A DNA stretch of 32,000 bases. It comes from Candidatus Pacearchaeota archaeon. Lineage in GTDB: Archaea; Nanobdellota; Nanobdellia; Pacearchaeales; UBA284. The stretch lies in contig CP061211.1 in assembly GCA_026016245.1 (NCBI GenBank), forward strand, positions 600,001-632,000. Direction: 5' to 3'. A program made the translations under genes and the position numbers. Below are positions 1 to 7,666 of this stretch, one piece after another. Every line of letters begins with the position of its first letter. The stretch's first letter is position 1. The notes under the pieces were generated by a model. The model searched no databases, was not told where the DNA came from, and worked only from the letters and a program-made list of their open reading frames with translations.

Positions 1-72
1 AAGAGTTGCAATAGCAGTTAGAGCATAAGGTAAAATCTTTTTTGCTTTTTTCTTTATTTCATAAGTATCCAT
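1..72 (-). CDS. 5' end (24 codons) of an unidentified gene running off the left edge
   Basis: ATG at 72-70 on the minus strand opens MDTYEIKKKAKKILPYALTAIATL with no stop before position 1. It is too short to identify. Confidence 0.25.
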   Translation of the reverse strand, partial: MDTYEIKKKAKKILPYALTAIATL

Positions 73-168
73 TTTGTTTCAACACCTCATGATTATATTT
101 TTTATAAGAATAAGACCTTTTTAAATCTTTCGTTTGTAGTCACTAAGCAATGAAGACAAAATATAATA

Positions 169-252
169 TGCGGGAGACAGGATTCGAACCTGCGTAGGGA
201 CTAACCCACCAGGTCCTAAGCCTGGCCCGTTTGACCACTCCGGCACTCCCGC
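169..252 (-). tRNA. tRNA-Leu (anticodon UAG), type II with long variable arm
   Basis: The reverse complement folds by eye as follows. Acceptor GCGGGAG/CTCCCGC; D arm CCG..CGG with AGTGGTCAAA loop. Anticodon stem CCAGG/CCTGG with loop CTTAGGA. Variable arm GGG-TTAGT-CCC; T arm GCAGG-TTCGAAT-CCTGT; discriminator A. Confidence 0.9.
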
Positions 253-326
253 ATACTTTTTTAATGTATTAAGGATTTTTAAAATTATCGAGAATAAACA
301 AGCTAAAATTTAGAAAATATTTGGAT

Positions 327-569
327 TTAAGATGTTGCAGGTGCTGGAGAAATATAAGTTATTGTGTTTCCTCTGATAAATGCCAGTCCAATGTTTCTTT
401 TGATCTCTCCTTTTTCTAGTTCTTTTGTATTGTCCAAAACAATATTAATGTGTATGTCAAAAGCTAGAAGTTTTCCAACAACTTGGCTACCATTTTCTAA
501 GTTTACAAGTATCTCTTTTCCTTTTGACTGATTCAATAAATCCAAAGGTCTTTCGATTCCGTTAACCAT
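327..569 (-). CDS. archaeal Sm-like (LSm) RNA-binding protein
   Basis: 80 aa. Sm1-like GKLLAFDIHINIVLDN and Sm2-like FIRGNTITYI motifs, with the size typical of SmAP. Confidence 0.9.
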   Translation of the reverse strand: MVNGIERPLDLLNQSKGKEILVNLENGSQVVGKLLAFDIHINIVLDNTKELEKGEIKRNIGLAFIRGNTITYISPAPATS

Positions 570-666
570 TTTGTTATTTCGCTTTTAAAGTTTTTAAATC
601 TTTTGTTCTTCGTCGGAAAAAATTAATAAAAGAAAGTTATTTAAATATCCTACCTGTTTATTTTTC

Positions 667-1041
667 ATGACAACAAAACGGGGCAAAAAAATAAGTGGTG
701 GAAGATATAGAAAGAGAAGGAAGAGAAAGGCATATGAGGCAGTGGCAAAACCCAGGGTAGTTTTATTGGGTGAAGAAAAAAAGAAGAAGATAAGAATAAC
801 TGGTGGCAAAATAAAAATTATTTTATTAAGGACAAATAGGGTAAATGTGATGGATCCTAAGACACATAAAGCAAAGAGTGTACAGATAAAAAATGTTATT
901 GATGTTCCTAGCAACAAGTTCCTTGCAAGAAAAAATATTTTGATGAAAGGGGCAGTGATAGATACAGAGGCAGGGAAAGCAAAAATAACAAACAGGCCAG
1001 GTCAGGAAGGTTGTGTGCAAGCTGTTCTTTTAAGTGATTAG
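667..1041 (+). CDS. rps8e: 30S ribosomal protein eS8 (S8e)
   Basis: 124 aa. Basic N-terminus KISGGRYRKRRKRKAYE, then RVVLLGEEKKKKIRITGG and a NRPGQEGCVQAVLL tail, typical of archaeal S8e. Confidence 0.9.
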   Translation: MTTKRGKKISGGRYRKRRKRKAYEAVAKPRVVLLGEEKKKKIRITGGKIKIILLRTNRVNVMDPKTHKAKSVQIKNVIDVPSNKFLARKNILMKGAVIDTEAGKAKITNRPGQEGCVQAVLLSD

Positions 1042-1067
1042 AAAGTTTTAAAAAGCTGAATAGTAAG

Positions 1068-1100
1068 ATTTATAAAGTTTTTTTCTTTTTATTTATAAAG
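1068..1100 (+). promoter_or_regulatory. two copies of ATTTATAAAG (TATA-box-like) upstream of tfb
   Basis: Identical 10-mers at 1068-1077 and 1091-1100. The second lies about 30 nt before the tfb ATG at 1130. It resembles an archaeal BRE/TATA element, but the TSS is not known. Confidence 0.35.
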
Positions 1101-1129
1101 CTTTTGTTATTATTTTAAGTGACAAAAAA

Positions 1130-2074
1130 ATGCCAACTCGATATATTAAAAAATGCCCAGAATGTGGTTCTGTTAATTTGATTTATGATGAACAAAAAGG
1201 TGAATTGATTTGTAGTAAATGCGGATTAGTTATTGAAGAGAAAATGATTGACCTTGGTCAGGAATGGAGGCAGTTTGAAGAAGGGGGGAAGAAAGGTAGA
1301 GGAGGAGCTCCTTTAAGTTTGCAGAAATTTGATCAAGGACTTACAACTAATGTTGGCGAGGTGAGTGATATTTATCAGCTTGGTTCTGAAAAAAGAATAA
1401 GGAAATTTTTCAGATTAAAGAAGTGGCAGGAGAGAGTAAGTACGAGCATTGAGAGGAATTTAAGATTAGCCATGGCTGAATTAAGAAGAGTGGCCTCATT
1501 TTTGAGCTTGCCAAATTTTGTTAAAGAGGAGGCTTCTAGAATTTACAATATTGTTTTACAAAGAGGACTTGTTAGAGGCAGGAGTATGGAGAGTGTGGTT
1601 TCTGCTTGTATTTATGCTGCTTGCCGTTCTTACAATATACCAAGAACATTGGATGAAATTTCAGCGGCAAGTGATGTTGAGAGGAAGGAGATTGGCAGGA
1701 CTTATAGATTTATTACAAGAAAACTCAAATTGAAGATAATCCCTAGTAATCCTAAAGACTATATCTCAAGATTTGCTAGCATTCTTCATTTATCGCCTAA
1801 AACCCAGAATGATTCCCTGAAAATTCTAAAGAAAGCTGAAGCTTCTGAGCTTACAAGTGGGAGAGGCCCAGCAGGAATCGCAGCTGCTGCATTATATGTT
1901 TCTGCTTTGTTAAATGATGAAAAGAAAACACAAAGAGAGGTGGCTGATGTTGCTGGCATTACAGAAGTTACAATTAGGAATCGTTACAAAGAGCTGCTTG
2001 AGAAGTTAGGAATGGAAGAGAAACTGAAGATAAAGGAAGCAGAATCTAGAGAAAAGAAAAAGAAAGGCAAATAA
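1130..2074 (+). CDS. tfb: transcription initiation factor IIB (TFB)
   Basis: N-terminal Zn ribbon CPECG..x..CSKCG, two cyclin-like repeats (GRSMESVVSACIYAACR; GRGPAGIAAAALYVSA) and a lysine-rich tail. Confidence 0.95.
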   Translation: MPTRYIKKCPECGSVNLIYDEQKGELICSKCGLVIEEKMIDLGQEWRQFEEGGKKGRGGAPLSLQKFDQGLTTNVGEVSDIYQLGSEKRIRKFFRLKKWQERVSTSIERNLRLAMAELRRVASFLSLPNFVKEEASRIYNIVLQRGLVRGRSMESVVSACIYAACRSYNIPRTLDEISAASDVERKEIGRTYRFITRKLKLKIIPSNPKDYISRFASILHLSPKTQNDSLKILKKAEASELTSGRGPAGIAAAALYVSALLNDEKKTQREVADVAGITEVTIRNRYKELLEKLGMEEKLKIKEAESREKKKKGK

Positions 2075-2083
2075 TACAAACAA

Positions 2084-2983
2084 TCAAAGTTTAATTCTCA
2101 TAAAATCTTCTGCAAGTTCACTTTTCTTGAATACTTTTTTTGCTTCATTAAGGACAGGTCTTGGATCTTTAGCATATCTCTGAGAAAGATGTATTAGTAT
2201 CAGTCTTTTTGACCTTGCTTTTTTTGCTATTGTTGCTGCTTGTTTTGCTGTTAGATGCCCTCGTTCCTTTGCTTTATCCAAATGCATTGATTCGAGAAAT
2301 GTTGACTCACTGACAAGAAGATCAGTGTCTTTAGCGACTTTTATACAATTTTTATTAAATAGAGTATCAACTATGAAAGCTATCTTTCTTCCTTTTTTGA
2401 TTTTTGTAGCGTCTCTTGCCCTAATTCTTCTGCCTTTGAATGTTATGCTCTTTCCTTGCTGAAGTTTTCCTAGAAGAGGGCCAGGTCTCATCCCAAGTTT
2501 TTTTATGAAATTAATATCTATTCTTCTTTTGTCTTTCTCGATAAATCTGTAGGCAAGGCAAGGAATGAAATGTTTCATCTTATATGCTTCTATGTAAAAA
2601 TCTTTAGCATCTATTATTTTTCCATCTCTGTTTATTTCATGTACTTCTGTTTTTATCCTCTGCTTAAAAATAAAAATTTTAAGTAGTAGGTCCATAAATC
2701 TTTTTGTTCCTTTTGGCCCATAAATCTTTAGAGTCTTGCTGTAATTATTAAGGGTAAATGTCTGAAGCAAACCAGGAAGGCCGAGAATATGATCTCCATG
2801 CCAATGACTAATTAAAATTCTTGTTATGCTCATCGGGCTTATCCTGGCTATCTTGAACTGCCTTTGTGTTCCCTCTCCGCAATCTATTAGGATATTTTCA
2901 TTCTTGTATTTTAGAAGCATGGCTAACTGACTCCTTTTTGCTGTCGGAGTTGCCTCACTTGTTCCTAAAAATATAACTTCCAT
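2084..2983 (-). CDS. rnz: ribonuclease Z (tRNA 3' endonuclease, metallo-beta-lactamase fold)
   Basis: 299 aa. N-terminal FLGTSEATPT..R, then LIDCGEGTQRQ, the HWHGDH metal motif, and C-terminal GHLTAKQAA and LIHLSQRY. Confidence 0.9.
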   Translation of the reverse strand: MEVIFLGTSEATPTAKRSQLAMLLKYKNENILIDCGEGTQRQFKIARISPMSITRILISHWHGDHILGLPGLLQTFTLNNYSKTLKIYGPKGTKRFMDLLLKIFIFKQRIKTEVHEINRDGKIIDAKDFYIEAYKMKHFIPCLAYRFIEKDKRRIDINFIKKLGMRPGPLLGKLQQGKSITFKGRRIRARDATKIKKGRKIAFIVDTLFNKNCIKVAKDTDLLVSESTFLESMHLDKAKERGHLTAKQAATIAKKARSKRLILIHLSQRYAKDPRPVLNEAKKVFKKSELAEDFMRIKL

Positions 2984-3079
2984 GCTAGAAAGAGCTTTTT
3001 AAGATTTTTAATTGTTTTTGTTGATGATAATAATGAGGGAGTTAATAAAGTTTAAAAAGAAAAACATGTTCTAAAGGAT

Positions 3080-3703
3080 ATGCCTATTAAGAAAAAGGAG
3101 AAGATAAAAAAGATAAGAAGGAAGACAACAAAAAAGAAAACACCAAAGAAGACAATAAAGAAAACAAAAAAGAAAAAAGGAAATTCTAAAGTCTTTAAAG
3201 CTTTGGTTATTGGAAGAAGGGTTGTTAGTGAAGACAAGAAAGCTCTAGATTTATATGGAAAGAGTTATTTTGGCCAGGTTACTGGAGGTAAGGTTTATTA
3301 TTCTTTTGTAGAAGCTGCTTATTTGATTGATAAAGGAAAGATTAATATTTATGAGGGGAGGAAAAAATTAAATTTTGATAAGTTTGTTAACAAAGCCAGA
3401 AGCCTTGAAAAAAACTTCTGGACCAGATTTTCTGTTTTTAGAGATATTCGTAATAGAGGTTATATTATAAGGACTGCTCTGAAGTTTGGAGCAGATTTCC
3501 GGATTTATGACCGGGGGGTTAAGCCTGGAAAAGAGCATGCAAGATGGATTTTATTTCCAGTTTATGAATCCTCTAGTTTAACATGGCATGAATTTACTGC
3601 CAAGAGTAGAGTCGCTCATAGTACGAGAAAAAAATTACTTATAGGGATTGTTGATGAAGAGGGTGATGTGACTTATTATGAAGTAAATTGGGTAAAGCCT
3701 TGA
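3080..3703 (+). CDS. endA: tRNA-splicing endonuclease EndA, single-unit size, with ~35-aa Lys-rich N-terminal extension
   Basis: The core resembles archaeal EndA: LDLYGKSYFG, FRDIRNRGYIIRTALKFGADFRIYDRG, KEHARWILFPV. A poly-K/T N-terminus (MPIKKKEKIKKIRRKTTKKK...) precedes it. Confidence 0.85.
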   Translation: MPIKKKEKIKKIRRKTTKKKTPKKTIKKTKKKKGNSKVFKALVIGRRVVSEDKKALDLYGKSYFGQVTGGKVYYSFVEAAYLIDKGKINIYEGRKKLNFDKFVNKARSLEKNFWTRFSVFRDIRNRGYIIRTALKFGADFRIYDRGVKPGKEHARWILFPVYESSSLTWHEFTAKSRVAHSTRKKLLIGIVDEEGDVTYYEVNWVKP

Positions 3704-3710
3704 TTCTGAT

Positions 3711-4607
3711 ATGGAAGGAAAAAATACCTTGAATAATTTAAAAGAAAAGAAAAAAGTTATTCTAGGAATTATAGAAAATAAAGGCCCTTCTTTGCCTAGT
3801 GCGATTTCTAGAAAGATAGGGGTTTCTTTATTATTAACTTCTGCTTTGCTGAGTGATATGAGGGCTGATAAGAGTTTGAGATTAAGCAGGCTAAAGATTG
3901 GTGGTTCGCCTCTTTATTATATACAGGGACAAGAAGGACAGCTTGAGAATTTTATAAAGCATTTGCAGCCTAAAGAAAGAGGGGCTTTTGAGCTGCTTAA
4001 GAAAAAACAAGTTATTGATGAGGAAAAAGTTGAACCAGCTTATAGGGTGGCTTTTAGTAATATGAAAGATTTTGCTTTTCCTTTATATGTCAAGATTAAT
4101 AATTCTGAAAAAATATTCTGGCGTTTCCATTCTATAAGTCAGGAAGATGCCTCAAAGAGAATATCAGAGCTGCTAAAGGAAAAACACAAACCAAAACCAC
4201 CAAAAATAGAAAAGGAAAAAGAAAAAATAGAGAAAAAACCAACAGAAGAAAAGAAGGAAGAAAAGACTGAAATACAAAAAATAAAGAAAAGAATTAGGGG
4301 AAGCAAGGAAGAATTTAGAAAGAAGGTTTTTTCTTGGTTGGATGCAAAAGACCTTCATATTATAGAGGAACTTGATGCTGAAGATGCTTTTTGCACAGTT
4401 TCTACAAAATCAGAGATTGGCTATCTCAATTTTCTGGTTGTGGCAAAAAAGAAAAAAATAATCAATGAGGCTGATCTGAGTTTAGCATATCAAAAAGGCC
4501 AGCAAGCTAAGATGCTTGTTCTATTCTTGACTACAGGGAAGCTTACCAAAAAAGCGCAATCTTATATAGGGAATTTGGGCAAGTTTATTATCGTAAATTC
4601 TTTATGA
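3711..4607 (+). CDS. hypothetical protein: N-terminal winged-helix-like domain, K/E-rich linker, C-terminal Mrr-type restriction-endonuclease-like fold
   Basis: The N-terminus ILGIIENKGPSLPSAISRKIGVSLLLTSALLSDM..GGSPLYY looks like a wHTH. The C-terminus NFLVVAKKKKIINEADL...MLVLFLTTGKLTKKAQSY..FIIVN follows the Mrr_cat strand/helix pattern. Assignment is by eye only. Confidence 0.4.
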   Translation: MEGKNTLNNLKEKKKVILGIIENKGPSLPSAISRKIGVSLLLTSALLSDMRADKSLRLSRLKIGGSPLYYIQGQEGQLENFIKHLQPKERGAFELLKKKQVIDEEKVEPAYRVAFSNMKDFAFPLYVKINNSEKIFWRFHSISQEDASKRISELLKEKHKPKPPKIEKEKEKIEKKPTEEKKEEKTEIQKIKKRIRGSKEEFRKKVFSWLDAKDLHIIEELDAEDAFCTVSTKSEIGYLNFLVVAKKKKIINEADLSLAYQKGQQAKMLVLFLTTGKLTKKAQSYIGNLGKFIIVNSL

Positions 4608-4762
4608 TTCTTTATGAAAAATTTAAAATTATTAAATGATGTGAGGGAAAGCTTAATGGATGTAGGAGTAAAATGTTCTAGAATTACTAAAAATAATTCT
4701 ATTTATATTACTAAAAAAAAGAGATAGAAAACTTTTTTAAATTGGTTGGATTTAAGAATGAT

Positions 4763-4789
4763 AAGCATCTTAATTCTATTAAGATGCTT
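4763..4789. repeat. perfect 10-bp inverted repeat (AAGCATCTTA / TAAGATGCTT) with 7-nt spacer, just 5' of tRNA-Gln
   Basis: Read directly from the sequence: arms at 4763-4772 and 4780-4789. Function is unknown; it could be a leader hairpin or an upstream terminator. Confidence 0.6.
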
Positions 4790-4795
4790 GAGAAT

Positions 4796-4904
4796 AGCCC
4801 GGTAGTGTAGTGGTCAAATTCTCTAAATAAAAATTTTATTTATAGAAGACTAAGCATCCAAGGCTTTGGACCTTGAGACCCAGGTTCGAATCCTGGCCGG
4901 GCTA
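4796..4904 (+). tRNA. tRNA-Gln (anticodon UUG) interrupted by a ~36-nt intron in the D-loop
   Basis: Acceptor AGCCCGG/CCGGGCT; D stem GTGT..GCAT. Anticodon stem CAAGG/CCTTG with loop CTTTGGA. T arm CCAGG-TTCGAAT-CCTGG; discriminator A. The 109-nt total requires removal of ~4818-4853. Confidence 0.8.
4818..4853 (+). other. non-canonical tRNA intron (between D-loop positions ~20/21 and 22)
   Basis: An AT-rich insert, ATTCTCTAAATAAAAATTTTATTTATAGAAGACTAA, sits between D-loop AGTGGTCAA and the D-stem 3' strand GCAT. It forms its own hairpin (TTCT.TAAATAAAA / TTTTATTTA.AGAA). Boundaries are ambiguous by 1-2 nt because of flanking A residues. Confidence 0.65.
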
Positions 4905-4906
4905 TA

Positions 4907-4917
4907 CTATATAAAAG
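4907..4917 (+). promoter_or_regulatory. TATA-box-like element upstream of rps15
   Basis: CTATATAAAAG lies ~30 nt before the ATG at 4947. Weak evidence in an AT-rich genome. Confidence 0.3.
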
Positions 4918-4946
4918 TTTAAAAATAAAACAAGAATTAGAATAAG

Positions 4947-5348
4947 ATGGCAACACTTTACGGAAAAGGCAGGGGCAAGGCAGGAAGTCATGCTCCTAAA
5001 GCTGAAAAACCTTATTGGTTTAGCATGAAGCCTGAAGAAGTTGAGAAACTTATTGTTGATTTGGCTAAGAAAGGAACAAATCCTGTTAAAATAGGCCTCA
5101 TTCTTAGAGACAATTATAGTGTTCCTAGTGTGAAAACTGTAACTGGAAAGAAAATTAAGAAAATTCTTGAGGAGAAAGGGATTGAGGTAGAGCCATATGA
5201 AATTATAGCCTTAGAAAAAAGAGTCAGGGAATTAAAGAGACATCTAGCAAAGAATAAGAAAGACATGAGAGCTAAGAGAGGATTACAATTGAGTGAAGCG
5301 AAAATAAGAAGACTCAAGAAATATAAGAAAAAAGAGAAAAAAACATAG
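4947..5348 (+). CDS. rps15: 30S ribosomal protein uS15 (S15P/S13e)
   Basis: 133 aa. N-terminal GKGRGKAGSHAPK, then PEEVEKLIVDLAKKG, IGLILRDNYSVPSVK, and DMRAKRGLQLSEAKIRRL. Confidence 0.9.
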   Translation: MATLYGKGRGKAGSHAPKAEKPYWFSMKPEEVEKLIVDLAKKGTNPVKIGLILRDNYSVPSVKTVTGKKIKKILEEKGIEVEPYEIIALEKRVRELKRHLAKNKKDMRAKRGLQLSEAKIRRLKKYKKKEKKT

Positions 5349-5396
5349 CTTAGCAATACTCTGGCTGGGGGCTGAGCTAATTATTAGATTTTGAAG

Positions 5397-6791
5397 ATGA
5401 ATTTAGTTAGTAGTATTGAAAAAAACATAAAAAGAGCTTCTGAGAAATTCAAAAAGATTTTTCCTAAAGAAGGCATTATTAGAATTGTGACCCATCTTGA
5501 TACAGATGGTTTGACTTCTGCTGCTATTTTAACTATGGTATTGATTAAAAATGGCCAGGAGTTTTGGATTACTATAGTAAAGCAGCTTGAGGAATCTATT
5601 TTTGAAAATTTGAAGCAGGAGGCATCAAAACAAAAATGGAAGGCTTTATTATTTTTGGATCTTGGTTCAGGTAATTTAGGGGAGATTAAAAAAATAACTA
5701 AAGAACCTATTTTTATAATAGACCATCACGAGATTGAGGCTTCTTTTGAGAGTTATATTGAAGAGGAGAATTTTTATTTCATTAATCCTTTGAGTGAAAA
5801 AATAAGTGCTGCTGGCTTATGTTATTTATTTGCTAAAGGTCTTGGCAGCGAGAAGAAACTTGCGCAATTTGCTGTTCTTGGGATGATAGGAGATATCCTT
5901 GACAAATCAATTGGTAAATTAAATAATCTCATATTGAACGATGCTAAAGATAGTGGAATGAAGGTTAAAAGAGGGCTTACAGTTTTTTCAGCAATGAGAC
6001 CTTTACATAAGGCACTTGAATTCAGTTCTAGTGTTTACATACCTGGTGTGACAGGAAATTTTAATGGTTCTCTTGGAATGCTGAGAGAGATAGGTATTAA
6101 CGCTAAAAAAGCAAGAAGGTGGAGGACTTTAATGGACTTGAATGACGAAGAGGTTTCAAGACTTATTACTGCCATACTTGTAAGGAGAGTTAATGATGGA
6201 AGAGGGCAGGATATTATTGACAATATTTATTTGATAAAAATAGCAAATCAGATATGGGATGCCAGAGAAGTTAGTACTATGCTGAATGCTTGTGGTAGAT
6301 TAAATTATGGTGGTTTAGCTTTATCTTTCCTTCTTGGTTCCAGAGAGGCTAGAGAGGAGGTAGAGAATGTTTACAGCCAGTACAAGCATCTCATTATTAA
6401 AGCCCTGAATTGGATAGAGGGGGCGAAAAAAATTCAAGGAAGTAATTATATTATTGTTAATGCAAGATCAAACATAAAAGACACGATTATAGGGACTGCC
6501 ATGTCTATTCTTTCATCTTCTTTTATTTATTCTAAAGGAACTATCTTAATTGGAATGGCATACAGACCTGACAGCAAGATTAAGATTTCTGCGAGAATTG
6601 TTAGGGATGGTGAAAAAAAATGTGATGTTAATCTAAACAAAATTTTGAGTCCTGTTATTAAAGCCATTGGAGGAGAAGTTGGAGGACATCCAAGGGCTGC
6701 AGGCGCCCTTATTTCTCAAGATAAGGAAAAGGTTTTTCTTGAATTAATAGAAAAAGAAATGAATGCTCATGAACTGAGCATTAAGATTTAA
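5397..6791 (+). CDS. RecJ-like DHH-family phosphoesterase (archaeal RecJ/Cdc45-GAN type)
   Basis: DHH motifs THLDTDGLTSAAIL, IIDHHE and GMIGD, plus the DHHA1 motif GGHPRAAG. The rps15-recJ adjacency is a known archaeal neighbourhood. The ORF track offers an alternative TTG start at 5391. Confidence 0.85.
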   Translation: MNLVSSIEKNIKRASEKFKKIFPKEGIIRIVTHLDTDGLTSAAILTMVLIKNGQEFWITIVKQLEESIFENLKQEASKQKWKALLFLDLGSGNLGEIKKITKEPIFIIDHHEIEASFESYIEEENFYFINPLSEKISAAGLCYLFAKGLGSEKKLAQFAVLGMIGDILDKSIGKLNNLILNDAKDSGMKVKRGLTVFSAMRPLHKALEFSSSVYIPGVTGNFNGSLGMLREIGINAKKARRWRTLMDLNDEEVSRLITAILVRRVNDGRGQDIIDNIYLIKIANQIWDAREVSTMLNACGRLNYGGLALSFLLGSREAREEVENVYSQYKHLIIKALNWIEGAKKIQGSNYIIVNARSNIKDTIIGTAMSILSSSFIYSKGTILIGMAYRPDSKIKISARIVRDGEKKCDVNLNKILSPVIKAIGGEVGGHPRAAGALISQDKEKVFLELIEKEMNAHELSIKI

Positions 6792-6809
6792 AAAGCCCTA
6801 AGACTTTTT

Positions 6810-7010
6810 TTGAAAATGAAGATAATGAAACAAATAAGGACAACAAAAAGCAAGTTTATTAGAGTGAGATGTCCAAAATGTAACTCTGAACAAGCAATAT
6901 TTGGAAAAGCTACAACAAAAGTAAAATGCTTGAAGTGTGGCCAACAACTTACAAAACCAACTGCAAGCAAAGCTAAAATAAAGGCCAAAGTTCTAGAGGT
7001 TTTTAAATAA
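6810..7010 (+). CDS. rps27e: 30S ribosomal protein eS27 (S27e)
   Basis: 66 aa. Zn ribbon CPKC..x..CLKCG and SKFIRVRCPKCNSEQAIFGKATTKVKC. Confidence 0.9.
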   Translation: MKMKIMKQIRTTKSKFIRVRCPKCNSEQAIFGKATTKVKCLKCGQQLTKPTASKAKIKAKVLEVFK

Positions 7011-7024
7011 AATTTAATGATAAA

Positions 7025-7666
7025 ATGATAGTTTTAGATATAGAAACAAGTGGAGTAGATTTTCTAAAGTGTGGGATTTGGCAGATAGGTGCTGTTGATT
7101 TAAAAAATCCAAAAAATCAATTTCTAGAAGAAAGCAGAATAGATAATGAAGATATAGTAACAGAAGGCTCTATGAAAGTTACAGGAAAAACAGAAGAAGA
7201 GATGAGAGACGAAAATAAGCAGATACAGAAAGAATTATTAGAGAGGTTTTTTGATTGGTGTAAAAAAGCTAAGATTAAGAATTTTATATGTCAGAATCCG
7301 CAATTTGATACAACCTTTTTAAAATTAAAAGCTTCAAAATATGGATTAGAGTATCCTTTTCATCATAGGGCTTTTGATACACATAGTATTGCATCATTAA
7401 AATATAAACAAGTCAAAGGAAAATTTCTAATTGAAGAAAGTAATGGGCAATTTTGTAGTGGATTAACTTTCACAAAAATAATTGAATTTTGTGGTGTAGA
7501 AGATAAAAGAAGATTAATGAAAGATGGAGAGATTGTTAAAGAAGGCTCTCCTCATAATGCTTTAACAGATGCTAAGCTTACAGCAGAGTGTTTTTCAAGA
7601 ATTGTTAATGGAAAAAATCTTTTAGAAGAATTTAAAAAATTTCCAATTCCTAAATATTTAAAATGA
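7025..7666 (+). CDS. DEDDh-type 3'-5' exonuclease (DnaQ-like fold)
   Basis: ExoI VLDIETSG, ExoII NPQFDTTFL, ExoIII HNALTDAKL. Its stop overlaps the aIF2-alpha start (ATGA at 7663-7666). Confidence 0.75.
   Translation: MIVLDIETSGVDFLKCGIWQIGAVDLKNPKNQFLEESRIDNEDIVTEGSMKVTGKTEEEMRDENKQIQKELLERFFDWCKKAKIKNFICQNPQFDTTFLKLKASKYGLEYPFHHRAFDTHSIASLKYKQVKGKFLIEESNGQFCSGLTFTKIIEFCGVEDKRRLMKDGEIVKEGSPHNALTDAKLTAECFSRIVNGKNLLEEFKKFPIPKYLK

Noticed and set aside
594-1020. Minus-strand ORFs 594-917 and 826-1020 overlapping rps8e
   Set aside because: F/L/C-rich low-complexity translations antisense to a lysine-rich, clearly conserved ribosomal protein gene. These are shadow ORFs.
3052-5356. Antisense ORFs 3052-3237, 4173-4358 and 5114-5356
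   Set aside because: Each lies opposite a poly-K/E coding stretch (EndA N-terminus, the 3711 linker, the uS15 tail) and translates to poly-F/L. They are artefacts of AAA/GAA runs.
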